DNA from: Camelus ferus
Taxonomy: Eukaryota
DNA: 64,000 nucleotides
Direction: 5' to 3'
Assembly (NCBI RefSeq): GCF_009834535.1
Contig: NC_045697.1
Span: 88,414,001-88,478,000, forward strand
Positions 1-12,250 of this stretch are shown here, one piece after another. A model generated the notes under the pieces. The model made no database searches. It was not told where the DNA came from and saw nothing but the letters and a program-made list of their open reading frames with translations. Each line of letters starts with the position of its first letter. The first letter of the stretch is position 1. Both the position numbers and the translations under genes were made by a program.

Positions 1-2971
1 TAATTTACTGTTTTAATATAATATCCACCTCTTTTTAAAAATTTCCACTTGGTTTTGTTTCTATGTTAGTGTTCATTTTTAAAATGATGTTGTTTCACTT
101 GCCTCAGTCTAACAATATAGACTTTTTAAATAGTTGTCAAAGACCAAGTCTTAGCGTGGCAGCACGGGAACTTCTGCCCTGGGTGATTTTGGAACTCTCA
201 CAGATTTGGTTACCAAGTCAGCAGGCGGCTTGGCTCCTTCACTGGCAGAAGGGCTCTGTTTTTGATCTCCCAGCTTTCTAGACATTGTACTTGTTCTAAG
301 CAACAGCCTGACAGCCCAGCAGCAATTGTTAAGAATCTTTTCATAAGAGGGGACTTGTATCTGATCTCTAGCTCCAGGCAGTGAGCGTGTTTTCAGTCCC
401 TGCATCTGGGTCGCCTCTTCAGTCCACTTAACCTAAGGCTACCCGATATCTGATGCTTCTTCCTTACTTCCCTGACCCTGCACAACACTCCAGCCTTGTT
501 TATTACTTGACACTTCCATTCCTCTTCCTAATTACAAAGATACTTATCTTGTTTTGATCATGATTTTTTAAGTCTTTTTCTTTTAAAATGATTCATTTAG
601 CATTGTGAGACACTTGGTGTGCACTTTGGGAAGGAGGTGAAAGGGGCATTTTTTTCAGCTATTGCACGTCAGTGTATACTTTTAAGTGAGCTGGAAATTT
701 ATTTCTTTAAAACTATCTTCTTTTTTCCTCCTTTTTAAAATTTAAAGCACATCCTGTGCATCTGTTTCTATTTATACTTCCGATGACTTAGGCTAAGGCT
801 CCATTCATTCTTTTAATTATACAAGCTTGTGTTATTAAAGATAGTATACAATTTGAAATGGCAAAAACTGAGATAATGCACAAGACAAGATTTAATAACC
901 TCAAATTTGTGCCATGTGGCTTTTATTAATGCATACTATAATAATTAGGATTTGACCAAAAGCAGGAAAAAAATCTCTTAATGACTCCAGGTCACCTCCT
1001 CACTTACTCTAAAGCTAGACAGAGGTAAGGGATTGTTTAGGGTCACCCTTGTTCTAGTTTGCTACCCCTTTTGGGAAATTTTGAGCTTTGAAAGCCATCT
1101 TCTATTTAATAAACTACCAAAATTATATAGCAAAAGTCAAGCACAAAATTAATTAAAATATAGGTTTCCTAACTTGTCTTTCTACCTTCAGCTATTCCTG
1201 GATGATCAGAGCAATTATTTTATGTAAGGCTTCCTCTGGTTATGACAGTGAGGGCAAAAAGTTCATTTAACTAGAAGGCCTCTGAATTTTTATAATTCTT
1301 AGCTTTTCAAATTTCTCTGTTAGTTTTGGAGAAGAGGCATGCAGTGCACTCCCCATGTTCCCCTGGCATCTCTTCACAAGATGTTAAGTGCACTGATGGC
1401 TTTGTTGCCTGTATCCAAAGAAGCCAGATAAAACTGAGAATGGTGGGAGCTGTACAAAAAGATGGGTTAGAGAAATGAATGCCAACCAGCTCTTATCTCT
1501 TCCATTCTTTCTAGTAGTGAGCAGATTACTATTTACCAATTCACTGATTCTAAAGCAATTCTTTTTTTTTTTTCCCTCCATGCTTCTGATATCAGGATAT
1601 CTTATATCAGTGGCATCTTACAATTACTATTGACCAGAAATGGATAAATTCCTAGAAATATACAACCTACCAAGACTGATTCATGAAGACATAGAAAATC
1701 TGAACAAACAAGTGGTAAGTAAGGAGATTGCATCAGTAATCAGAATTCGCCCAGCGAAGAAAAGCCAGGGCTAGAGGCTTTCCCTGGTGAGTTCCACCAA
1801 ACATTTAAAGACAAATTAATACCAACCCTTCTCAAACTCTTCCAGGAAACTGAAGAGGAGGAAACACTCCCAAAATCATTTTATAAGGCCATCATTATCC
1901 TGATCCTGAAATCAGATAAGGACACTACAAGAAGGAAAACCATAGGCCAACATCCCAGATGAATACAGATATCAAAATTCCCAACAAAATGTTAGTAACC
2001 TGAATTGACAGAACATTGAAAGGATCACACATCACAATCAAGTGAGATTTATCCCTGGGATGCAAGTTTGGTTCAACCTATGCAAATCAACAAATGTGAT
2101 ATATACCACATTAATAGAATAAAAGATAAAAACCATATGATGCAGAAAAACAGATGCAGGAAAAGCGCCTGACAAAATACAACTATTTTATGACAAAAAC
2201 TCTCAACAAACTGGGTATAAAAGAAAAATATCTCAATATAGTAAAAGCTGTATGTGACAAACCCACAGCTACCATCATACTCAGAAGTGAAAAATTAGAC
2301 TTTTCCTAAGAGTTAAGGGACTAGACAAGGGTGTCCACTCTCACTACCCCCATTCAGTGTCGTTCTGGAAGTCCCAGCCAGCGCAATTACTAGGCAAGAA
2401 AAAGAAAGAAAAACATTCAAATCAGAAAGGAAGATGTAAAATTGTCTTTTTTGTAGATGATATAATCTTATACATAGAAAATTCTAAAAACTTCACTGAA
2501 GAACTGTTGGAACTAATGAATAAATTGAGTAAAGTTGCAGGATGCAAAATCAACAAGCAGAAACCAGTTGTGTTTCTATGCACTAACAATGAGCTATCTG
2601 AAAAAGAAAGAAAACAATTCCATTCAATATCATAAAAACAGTAAAATACATAGAAATTCAACCAAAGATTTATGCATAGGAAGCTATAAGATTTTGATGA
2701 AAGAACTCAAAGAAGACACAAATAAATGGAAAAATATTCTACGTTCATGGATCAGAAGGATTGATATTGTTAAAATGTCCATACTATACAAAGTCATCTA
2801 TAGATTCAACGCAATGCCTATCAAAATTCCCAGTCATTTTTCACAGAAACAGAAAAAAAAAAAATCCCAAAATTTGTATGGGACCACAAAAGACCCTAAA
2901 TAGCCAAAGCAATCCCGAGAAAGAAGAACAAAGCTGGAAGCATCACACTTCCTGATTTCAAACTGTATTAC

Positions 2972-3070
2972 ACTTAGCATAATGCCCTCAGGTTTCATCT
3001 GTGTTGTCACAAATGGCAGGATCTCCTTCTCTCTCACTGCTGAATAATATTCCATTGTATATGTATATAT
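2972..3070 (-). mobile_element. Inverted L1 ORF2 C-terminal segment inside the L1
   Basis: Minus-strand ORF 2834..3073 begins YTMEYYSAVREKEILPFVTTQMKPEGIMLS, the L1 ORF2 C-terminus, in opposite orientation to both flanking L1 parts. Confidence 0.9.
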
Positions 3071-3259
3071 CACATGTGTATCACTTGTATGTGGAATCTA
3101 AGAAAGCTGAACTCATACAGAGCGGAATGATGGTTGCCAGGGGCTTTGGGGTGGGAGAAATGGGGAGACGATGGTCAAAGGTACAAACTTCCAGTTATAA
3201 GATGAATAAGTTCTAGAAATCGAATGTACAGCATAGCAATTATTATTGACAATACTGTT

Positions 3260-3262
<3 letters not shown>

Positions 3263-3298
<36 letters not shown>
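3263..3298. repeat. (CA)n microsatellite within the L1 3' UTR
   Basis: Pure AC dinucleotide run. Confidence 0.95.
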
Positions 3299-3300
<2 letters not shown>

Positions 3301-4374
3301 GTAATTATGTGAGGTGATGGAGGTATTAAGTAAAGCTACTGTGGTTTTAAACTTTACAATAGATAAGTGTATTTGTAGAAATCAACACATTGTATATCCT
3401 AAACTTACACAATGTCATATGTCATTTGTATCTCAGTATGGCTGGAAAAAACTATTAAGCAAGAGGTAGTTTGGCTGCACTTGGCATTGATTACATACAT
3501 ATAAATGTCTGCTAGTTGCTTTTTCCACAGTCTTACACTTTGATTAGTCACCTTTTCCTTCAGGTAGGGAAAAAAAAGTTTCCAAATCCCATTCCACACA
3601 CTAGATCAGAGCTGCAAAAGTCTTCCTTTCCTTCCAGATGAAAGGTCATACACTGTTACAGTGCCCACATTATTAACTTCGTTTCATGCTGTTGCAACTT
3701 TTCTGTTGTCACCTGGTTGCTTGTGGCTTTTGAGATTATTTCCTTCTCTCCATGTATGAAAGGTAAAGTTCTCTCTGCTGTTTCTTACACAAAAGCACTA
3801 CTGAAACAAGGCTTATATACATAAAAGAAGTTTTAATGAAATTTTTGAGGTAAAGGAAATCAATTAAAATAGAAAATAACATATTACAGATTCTTTAAAT
3901 GTATTTTTTTTCTTTAGAATTTATCTTGGACTCAGACCCCAGTTATGTTGCTGGGATTTTTTGTCTTATCTTCTAGGCCAGGGCATTGCTCCTTTTTCTA
4001 GGTAGCAGCAGACAACTTCAAACTTTCTATTATTATTAGTCACCTAAATAGCACCTATATGGCTGTATCAAATGGTCCTTGTCTTTCTTAACTTATAAGC
4101 AAGACCAAGATTTTGCCTCTTAAGAAAATTACCTCTTTCGGAGATAAATTTTTGCTGCTCTTTTTAGAAAGCACATACAGCTGTGATGAGTCTTGTTAAT
4201 ACTAAGTAGTTTCTCTTTGCCTGTTATTTTCATATTTGCAACTGCCTCTAGGACTTCACCCCTTTGAAGCCCTATAGTTATCCTAAATTGACAATGTTAA
4301 AGACTGAAATTCAAGATGTTAAAAACAACTCATTGTAAAGACCTTTAAAACCTTTTCCTCCCTTTTTGTCTCAT

Positions 4375-5656
4375 ATTTCAGTGATCAGCACCCACCTAGT
4401 TGTTCAGATTTATAATCTGGGCATCATCTCGCATTCTTCCCTCTCAGTCAGTCCTGAAATTCAATAATTGTATTTTGTCTTTTCCACTTGGTAGAAATTT
4501 CTGGAATCTGAGAAAGTTTTCCCACCTCCCCTGTCTTAGTGTAGGTTAGTATCAACTATACATGGCAACTCCATGTCTCCATTTCTCTCCAGTTGAGGGT
4601 AGTAGGCACAAGCTAGGGTTGCCTCATGGTTTCCACCACTTGGTGTTCACACCTTGCTTAGTTCCCTCCCTTTGAGTTTGGTAGGATCTGTGACTTGTTT
4701 CACAAAATATGGGGAATAATATGAATAACAAGAATATGGAAAATGTGGTGGGACGTCACTACTGTGATGATGTTCCATTAGGCAAGAATGTCTTTCAGAC
4801 TCACAACTCACTCTCTCTCTTCATTACTGGCTTTGAAGAAGCAAGCTGCCATGTATCCTACAGCCACATGGAAATGGATTCTGCCAACAACTTTGGAAAG
4901 CTTGGGAAAGGATCTTTCCCCAACCAAGCCTCTCATGAAAACCCAGTCTTGGGAGATATCCTGGTTGAAGCCTTGTGAGACCCTAAGCAGGGGCACATCT
5001 AAGCCATATCTGTATTTCTGAGCCACAGAACTGTGAGATAATAATGTGCCTTGTTTAAAACTGCTAAGTTTGTAAAAATTTGTTATATAGCAATAGAGAG
5101 CTAATACATATTTCTTACATAAAATATGAGATCAGGTTACTCCTAAGCAGAAAAAAATCTATTAATGACTTATCATTTCCCTCAAGACTAAGCCAAAACT
5201 CTTAACAAGACCCTTCACTCCTGGACCCTGACGCAGATTTCTATGAATGCTGAGTGTCGGCTAGCTTTTCATGTGGGGTGTCCTCCTTCTCGTCTCTGGA
5301 TCTCTGCACATATTCCTCTTAATACTTAGACTCTTCTCCTCTGGCTGCTTCTCTTTCCCTAACACACTCCCTTCTTTTATTAACTAATTCCTCCTCTTCA
5401 ATTCTGGTTTAGATTTGACTATTTCTGGAAGCTTCCTCTGACCCAAGAAGTTGGGGGCACCGTCTCCCTGTTTTTACTATTATCATGCCTTCCATACATC
5501 ATTGTAATTGCTGGTTTGATCGTCTATTCTTCTCACTAGAGTCAATGAACCATGACAGAAAAGATCATATCTGTCTAGATCATACATAGCCATATCTTCT
5601 GCATCTGGCCCAGAGTTAGGGCTCGCTAGTTATCTGTTTCACGAATGAATGAATGA
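4375..5656 (+). mobile_element. LINE-2 3' remnant interrupted by a MaLR LTR
   Basis: L2-like text (tctgggcatcatctcgcattcttccctctc; tctggaagcttcctctgaccc; gcatctggcccagagttagggctc) ends in the diagnostic gaatgaatgaatga tail at about 5643-5656. Confidence 0.75.
4598..5108 (+). mobile_element. MaLR solo LTR (MLT1 family)
   Basis: MLT1 hallmarks: atggattctgccaacaac, ccacagaactgtgagataata, ctgctaagtttgt...ttgttatatagcaatagagagctaataca terminus. Confidence 0.85.
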
Positions 5657-7191
5657 CTTACTACAAAATAGAGACTAAAGTGGACAAATATCACATGTAG
5701 ACCCAAAAATTAGAACCACAGGCCACTGTCCTAAGGGAGGGTCACAAAGGCTTCTATTTATGCAGTCCTAATGTAGCACCTAAGGCTCAGGCCAGTTTCC
5801 CATCCTCCTGTCTTTCCCTGCAGCCTCAGCTACCTCTTGTCCTTCCCTCTAAAGCTCCTAACATCCACTCTGATCTTTAGTGTTCTCCCCACAAAGAAAG
5901 TTTCCACTTCACTCCCAAATGAATGTCCATTCATCTTTTTCTTTAAAAAAGGCAATTATCAATAGTAATAAAACCTGGGAAGTTATAAAGCTTAAATCGT
6001 CAGTTTACATAATTTGTACAGTTATAATCCACCATCAAAATTTACTAATTCCTTTTTGAAATAATAACTAGAAATTCGAGAAGTTTCCCTTTTAGTCTTC
6101 TCTGGACTTCTAACTTTTGGGTCTATTCTAGAGAAAAGACTCAATGAAATATCCATCCTATTTGCTGACCTCAAAGATGAAGTTATACTGATTTTTTTCC
6201 CCTTGTCTTTACAATAAGAAATCAAGATAGATCAATAAGTGACTTTTTAATCTTAATCCAATAATTTGGATCTCTGAAGGTCTTTGTTTTATCAGGACCG
6301 CTACTTACCCAGAACAATCCTTTTGAATAGTTTGTCTTGACCATTTCCTGGAATTACTGCAAAAATTTATTGGAAATGGCCTATCTGATCAGAATGTACT
6401 TAGAATTCTTTGAATAAGCTTTGAATTCTTTAGTTATATTTCAATGATATTGTAATGATGAAATTATATTAAAGAATACAGACATTAACTAGCATGATTA
6501 GGGACAGATAGAAATACTAAGTCAAGCTAATAATTTTCCCCTCAGTGGTTAGAAATTAAAGGGCTATTAAATTAATTAAGTGATTAATTCATATTAGAAG
6601 ACATACTCTTCTAGAAAATATAAAGGGGAAAATCACATTCTTTGTTATTTGAGCTGAATGAACTATTCTCCACTGGCAACTAACTGTGGTGGTTACAATC
6701 AGTCAGGGCTGGGAAGGACATGTTAAACCAGAAATAAATAAAAACCTCATTACACATAATTCCCTTCCCTACATGCTATCTTTGTAAGATTTGAAAAAAG
6801 ATTATCTTAATCTTCTAAAATGTCACGAGTTTTCAGACTCCAAAATAAAAATTACATATCTTGTTTTGATGGCTGTCATTATTTACTGATGACATCTTTG
6901 AATATTATTTTTCTTTTTGACACTTAAAAACATGATAGTCTAGCCAGTAAGATATTGTGTTTTCTTCTTTCCTGCTTCAGTAGTTAAATATAGAGATGTA
7001 TATCTTACCTTGCCTTTAATATGAAGGGTCTTCTGTGCCATGATTTATATATATAAATATAAATATGCCTTGACCAGACTATGAGAATTATATTTTTAAA
7101 TAAAAAAGGGTTAAGTGTGAGAACCTCTAATTTTCTGCTTTGAAAATAAATCATGTGAGTCAGGCTCCTTAAATCACATGCTAAATTTAAT

Positions 7192-7361
7192 ATATCATGT
7201 CTTAGTAATGGATATTAAATAGCTTATTGACTTATTCTCCACATTACCATTTTTTCCTCAGAAGATTCAAATACCCATATCATGTCTTAGTAATGGATAT
7301 TAAATAGCTTATTGACTTATTCTCCACATTACCATTTTTTCCTCAGAAAATTCAAATACCC
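7192..7361. repeat. Tandem duplication, 2 x 85 bp
   Basis: 7192-7276 and 7277-7361 are identical except gaagattc/gaaaattc. Confidence 0.95.
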
Positions 7362-7529
7362 TCAGTTGAGATTTGCAGGAAATATGCTTAGTATTGATTG
7401 TTACTATTATAATCTGCATGTATGTTCATTACCTAGCATCAAAGAAAACAAAAACCCTACTAGCGTGAAATTCATTTTTTAAATTGTTGTGATTTATTTT
7501 TAAAGCAAAATTTCAAATAATGTTTTATT

Positions 7530-7900
7530 TTTATATATTCATTGAGCACATATTTTATACCAGACATGCTGCTACATATTGCAGATCCCAAGTTGTATCA
7601 GGCACAATTCAAGCATTGATGGAATTTATAATCTAGAGAAGTAGTAAAATGACTCTGAGGAAAGGTGGTTTCTACCTCTTGAGTAGTTTAAACTATGTGT
7701 ACAGAAGAGAAGGAATGCATCTCACTGTGACAATTCAGAAGGTGCACCTGGATCAATGATAATCTGAACTTTCATGGCACCTTAAGAGAAGGGGTGGGAC
7801 TTCAGTGGTAACTCTGGGAGTACAGTGACAATTCTAGGCAAAGAGAAAGGCTAAGACTAAGACATAGAGGTGGAAAATGCTATGGAATGGTGGGATTTCA
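7530..7900 (-). mobile_element. LINE-2 remnant
   Basis: attgagcacatattttataccagacatgctgcta...atggaatttataatctag...attctaggcaaagagaaagg resembles the antisense L2 3' region. Confidence 0.55.
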
Positions 7901-10744
7901 TTAACTAGCTGACACACAAGTTCTCTGCTCTGCAGCAGCATTTAAATGAATAATTTAAATATAATGGACAAAGACTTATCCCAATGCAAAAACAGAAAAG
8001 CCCATGTTGATGGCCTGATGGCCCGTACTTCCTGAGGGTTATTCAAAAGAAAGCCATGCTTTCTACAAGGTAAAAAAAATCCTTATTTTTGTTTAAAATG
8101 TATACTTAGGCACAATTATAGAAATAGCAATAAAAATGCAATAATCTATAGACTGATTGGGCATTTAGAAGTGAATAATTTGGAACCCAAAACTCAATTC
8201 TGAATTCACATCCCAAATCTTTGACAGAATCAGACTAACACCAAGGTCTAATACCCCCAGCTTGGTTGTTGTAGGCAAACCAAAATGTTCGCCAACTGGA
8301 CAGCTGTTTTGAAATCTGTTACTCTGGAGATCCCAAGGGGCTTTCTGACCCCTAATGTTGCTGAGTTAAAATGAATACCCTAACTGATATCTGTGCTGCT
8401 GAGTCCCTTGTAAAGCAGAGTAATAAATATCAGGATGAGACAGGAAGTTAGCAAAGATCATTGGCTATACTTACAGGACTGGAAAATATCCAGTTATCAA
8501 GCAGAAGGATGGCACTGTAACCGACACCATTTCCTTCTTCCTTCTTCCACATTGCAGCTTCCTTGCTGTCTCACAGGAAAAGAACAATATTAGAACATCA
8601 TGTAAACTGCCTTGTTAAAACTAAAGGGATATGCAAATGCAGAATGAGCCATTGAATGTTAATGTTCGTGGTTTGTGTGTTTTAAAACCATTTGATGTAG
8701 AACAGCCATTTTATAGTAAATTCTGTATAATCAGGAAGTATTCATAATAATATAAAGTTCCTATTTGGTTTATATTAAGTTATGAAGATGGATGTAGTAT
8801 TTGTGCGTACATACCTACCCAAACTGAGATTTTTAAATTTTAGAAAAAATAATTTGTTTAAAATTCCATTTTTAATTAGTATTTTACATCTACTATGCTT
8901 TTTTAGCAAAGTCTACTGCAGATTATTGTATGCTACATAGTATTAATTTGTCATGCTCTAGTTGTCATGCTCTACGTAGTATTAATTTGTCAAAAATGAG
9001 GCTTACATTTCTCTAAGCAGTAATTTTACAACCTATACCTGACAGTGTCTTCTACTTTTTCCCATCCTAATTTTTCTAGGAAATACTTGGCTTTAGGATT
9101 CATGTGTTTTTCAGATAAGGAAATAAACAACTCAATCTGGCATGACAAAAAATTAATAAACTACTTTCAAATCATCTAGTGAATAACTCCCTTCAACTTA
9201 GTGGAAATTAAATTAATTGACTTCAGGTCCATGAGTCCATGTTTATATTTAAACCTAATTAGGATCAGTAATATTTTACAGTGATCTAGGAATATGCATA
9301 TTTGCCAAATGGCACATTCATCCTCAACAAGCTCTTTTCATGTGAAAGCAATAAGATTCAGAAAGTGTTCAATCTAATTAGGAAATAGAATCTTCTGGAA
9401 ACATTACAATATAATGTATGTTATGATCCATAATTTTGCCTGAGATTTTTTTATTGTAAAGATTCAGATTTCAACTTACATTAAGTAAATAGATTAAAGT
9501 CTACCTTTACTGCCATCTCCCTTTTAGTAAATGCAACTAATACAAAATTAGTTGCTATCTTTTCCCCTTTGCTCATTGTTACTATTTGGAGAAGATAGTA
9601 TTTATGAGATTATATTGACTGAGAATCTGCAGTTCTTAGAATATCCACTATGGTAAACTGATAAATTTAGTAGACATAATTTTAGTTATGAAATATCAAC
9701 TTATATGTTATTAGCTAACATTGTAATGTCCCCTGGGACAAGATTCAAAGCTTTTTTGTCTTTGTGACTCAAGCCCATGCTAAGCACAAGGCCTGCCACA
9801 TGGTAGACACCTAATTTGAATATTCAAATTATTAGAGTCACACATGTTTAGCATATTTCATAATATTTCTGAGCCCATATAGGCCCAGGACAAAGCTGGC
9901 AATTGTCTTACTAATGTGATGTGTAATTATGGAGTCATTAGTAAGTAATTTAGCGAGAAACCTTTTTAGACACAAGTTCAAGTCTTGGTTTTACAAATAA
10001 GGTCCTTTAATGTTTTCTGCTTACTTAGGTCACTCAATTTCAAAGGCTCACTTTGAAATTTTAGATTTCCTTTATGTCTACTTCAAGAGAGCAGCTGAGA
10101 GATTCTCTAAAAATTGAGTTTTGTAAATTATTATACTGGATGAGAGCTCAATATTGGCAATAAAAATCTTTGATGAATTTTCAGTAGACTAATGTATATA
10201 ATCATTCATTTCACAGTAACATAAATTAGAAAACATGTTCTCTGGAATTAATAATCTTTATTATAAACATGACATTTGCTTATAAAAAAACTTTAAATCT
10301 GCTGCAACACAAGCTTATTTTTCTGCTTTTAATTTATTTAAGATTTTAAAAATCTAATTTCATTAGATTATTTCATTTATTATTATAAATATGTTGTATT
10401 ATGTTTCAAATAGCATATGATTATGATTAGTCATATTCAGTAGACAGAATTCACTTAGAATTGTTATTTTTTGGGAATGACTTACCAAGTCATTTCAAAG
10501 GATAATTTGCCTTCAAAAATATGAAAAAAAAGATAAAAGTTTATTTACAATTGTGTGATAGTTTAATATTCTTTCAGCTTAACGTTTTTACTCATCTCTC
10601 CCTATATCTTTGTGTCTGACTCAAACAAAACAAAACAGAGCAAATAAACAACAAAAAAGACTTTTTTGTGGAGTTAATGAGGAGAGGAAGGTATTTTTGT
10701 TTAAGAGTCATTAAGCTTAAGGCATCTTTGTCTTTTCAGTGAAT

Positions 10745-11110
10745 TTCAATCATGTGTAGGTTGCTGGGGTGGGTGTTGTTGGAGACAGATGAACATGCCT
10801 CAGTTCCACCAAGTGCTCACACTACAGGAAGGATACGTACATACACATATCTGTGTTAATACAGGTAGACTGAAAGGGCTTGATGGAGCCATAAAAAATA
10901 CTGTGAAAATGTGACAGAGAGAAATATGAAGCTATTTTAGGGAAACTAGAAAATACTTCTTGAGGGAGGTAGGATTTGAGTTATAATACTGTAAGGATAG
11001 TCAGATATGGAGTATGTTAAGCAGAAGGAAATTGAAAAAGAGTGAAAACTATGATTCAGATTGGGAAGAAACCCAAATGCATGTGTATTCTTTGCTGGGG
11101 ACAAACAGCA
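10745..11110 (-). mobile_element. LINE-2 remnant
   Basis: ctagaaaatacttcttgagggaggtaggatttgag and ggagacagatgaacatgcctcagttcc resemble antisense L2. Confidence 0.5.
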
Positions 11111-12175
11111 ATAAAAATATATATAAATCATTATTTTCTAAAATCTAGCTTCCTTGGTGCTGAAGCAGCATAATTTGTTATTTTCCTAATAAAAAGAATT
11201 TGCATGTGGTTGGGGAGGGTGAGAAGAGGGAGCTGAATACACTGTGCTTAAAACCCAATAATTTTCAGTAATTGCCACAATTTTCTCCCTGCTTAGTGAA
11301 TGCCAACTGGAATCAGCATTACCTATGAAGCACAATGGTGGGGAATGCAGTGTGCCTTAGTCTAATTATAATGCTGTAAGCCTTTAGATAAAAAGTTTAC
11401 TCAAGCAAGTATGGTTGGACTGTGTGCAGTCTATCAAGCAGAAAAGAGCATGGTTCTTAACAAGTTACACTGCAGGAATACTTTCCAAGACTAGAATGTT
11501 ATTTGGTCACGATCATTTTCTATGTACTTCTCTTGCTTTCAGAACTCATGCTTCCCAATTTTTAAGCAATCGTATGAAAACTAAAATACTTATCAATTGT
11601 TTATTTCCTGAATTCCTATTATATCCAAGGTATCATACATTGCTCCTAACCTCAGTATTACAACTTCTTAAAAAACAAATAAATTGCACTCATTCAAGCT
11701 AGATATAGAAGCTATGATTGCTATTCAACTTTTCTTGGTCTTTAGCCTTTGCTAATTCATTGTATTCAATTGTTTCACCAACATCAGTAGCCTCAATCTC
11801 CGAGGGGAATAAAATATGCTTGTTCCACTTGAATAAATGTAAGAATAGTTATCAGCATTCAACCTATATTATTTATCTTCAATATTTAAAAAATGCTCTT
11901 GTTTAGTGTTTCATCGGATTATAAGTTATATACATACATATGTATTTATTTATAAATATATAATTTGTTTATGTACATATATGCATATACCTACATATAT
12001 ACAGACATTTCTGTGTTTATGTATATGTATAAATATGTGTGCACATATGTGCATATGTAGGTGTATGCATATAGATGAATCTATTTTAATATATTATATG
12101 CAATAAATACTTAATATTTTTGTAGAAAACTCAAAAAGTCTAGAAAAGTATGACAGATAGAATAGAAGCCATACA

Positions 12176-12250
12176 TTGCCTAGCATGCTTGAGGTCCTGG
12201 GTTCAGTCCCTAGTACCTTCATTAAAAAAATAAATAAATAAATCTAATGA
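12176..12250 (+). mobile_element. 5'-truncated tRNA-Ala-derived SINE (camelid Vic-1 type)
   Basis: tgcctagcatgcttgaggtcctgggttcagtccctagtacc followed by an A-rich (taaa)n tail; same family as the copies at 22680, 29068 and 32102. Confidence 0.85.

Larger units (their letters stand above)
1634..3450 (+). mobile_element. 5'-truncated LINE-1 (L1MA-like) with decayed ORF2 (RT region), internal deletion/inversion and 3' UTR
   Basis: Starts gaaatggataaattcctagaaatatacaacctaccaagactg (L1 ORF2). Translated pieces include FVDDIILYIEN (RT F/YADD motif), [31 protein letters not shown] and ITLPDFKLYY. An L1 3' UTR runs 3071-3450 and ends ...tatctcagtatggctggaaaaaa. Multiple frameshifts and stops. Confidence 0.95.

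Noticed and set aside
60..670. Possible HAL1/old L1 5' fragment
   Set aside because: Only a vague resemblance; too diverged to support by eye.
1384..1581. Two ORFs both starting MEGKKKK (1384 and 48626)
   Set aside because: Coincidental poly(T)-ccctcca context; no further homology.
7192..7361. Direct repeats as a CRISPR-like array
   Set aside because: There are only two abutting copies with no spacers, in a mammalian context with no cas genes.
8475..8565. Possible minus-strand exon (donor gtaagt at 8469-8474)
   Set aside because: The acceptor is weak with a competing AG, the length is 91 nt, and the peptides are not recognisable.
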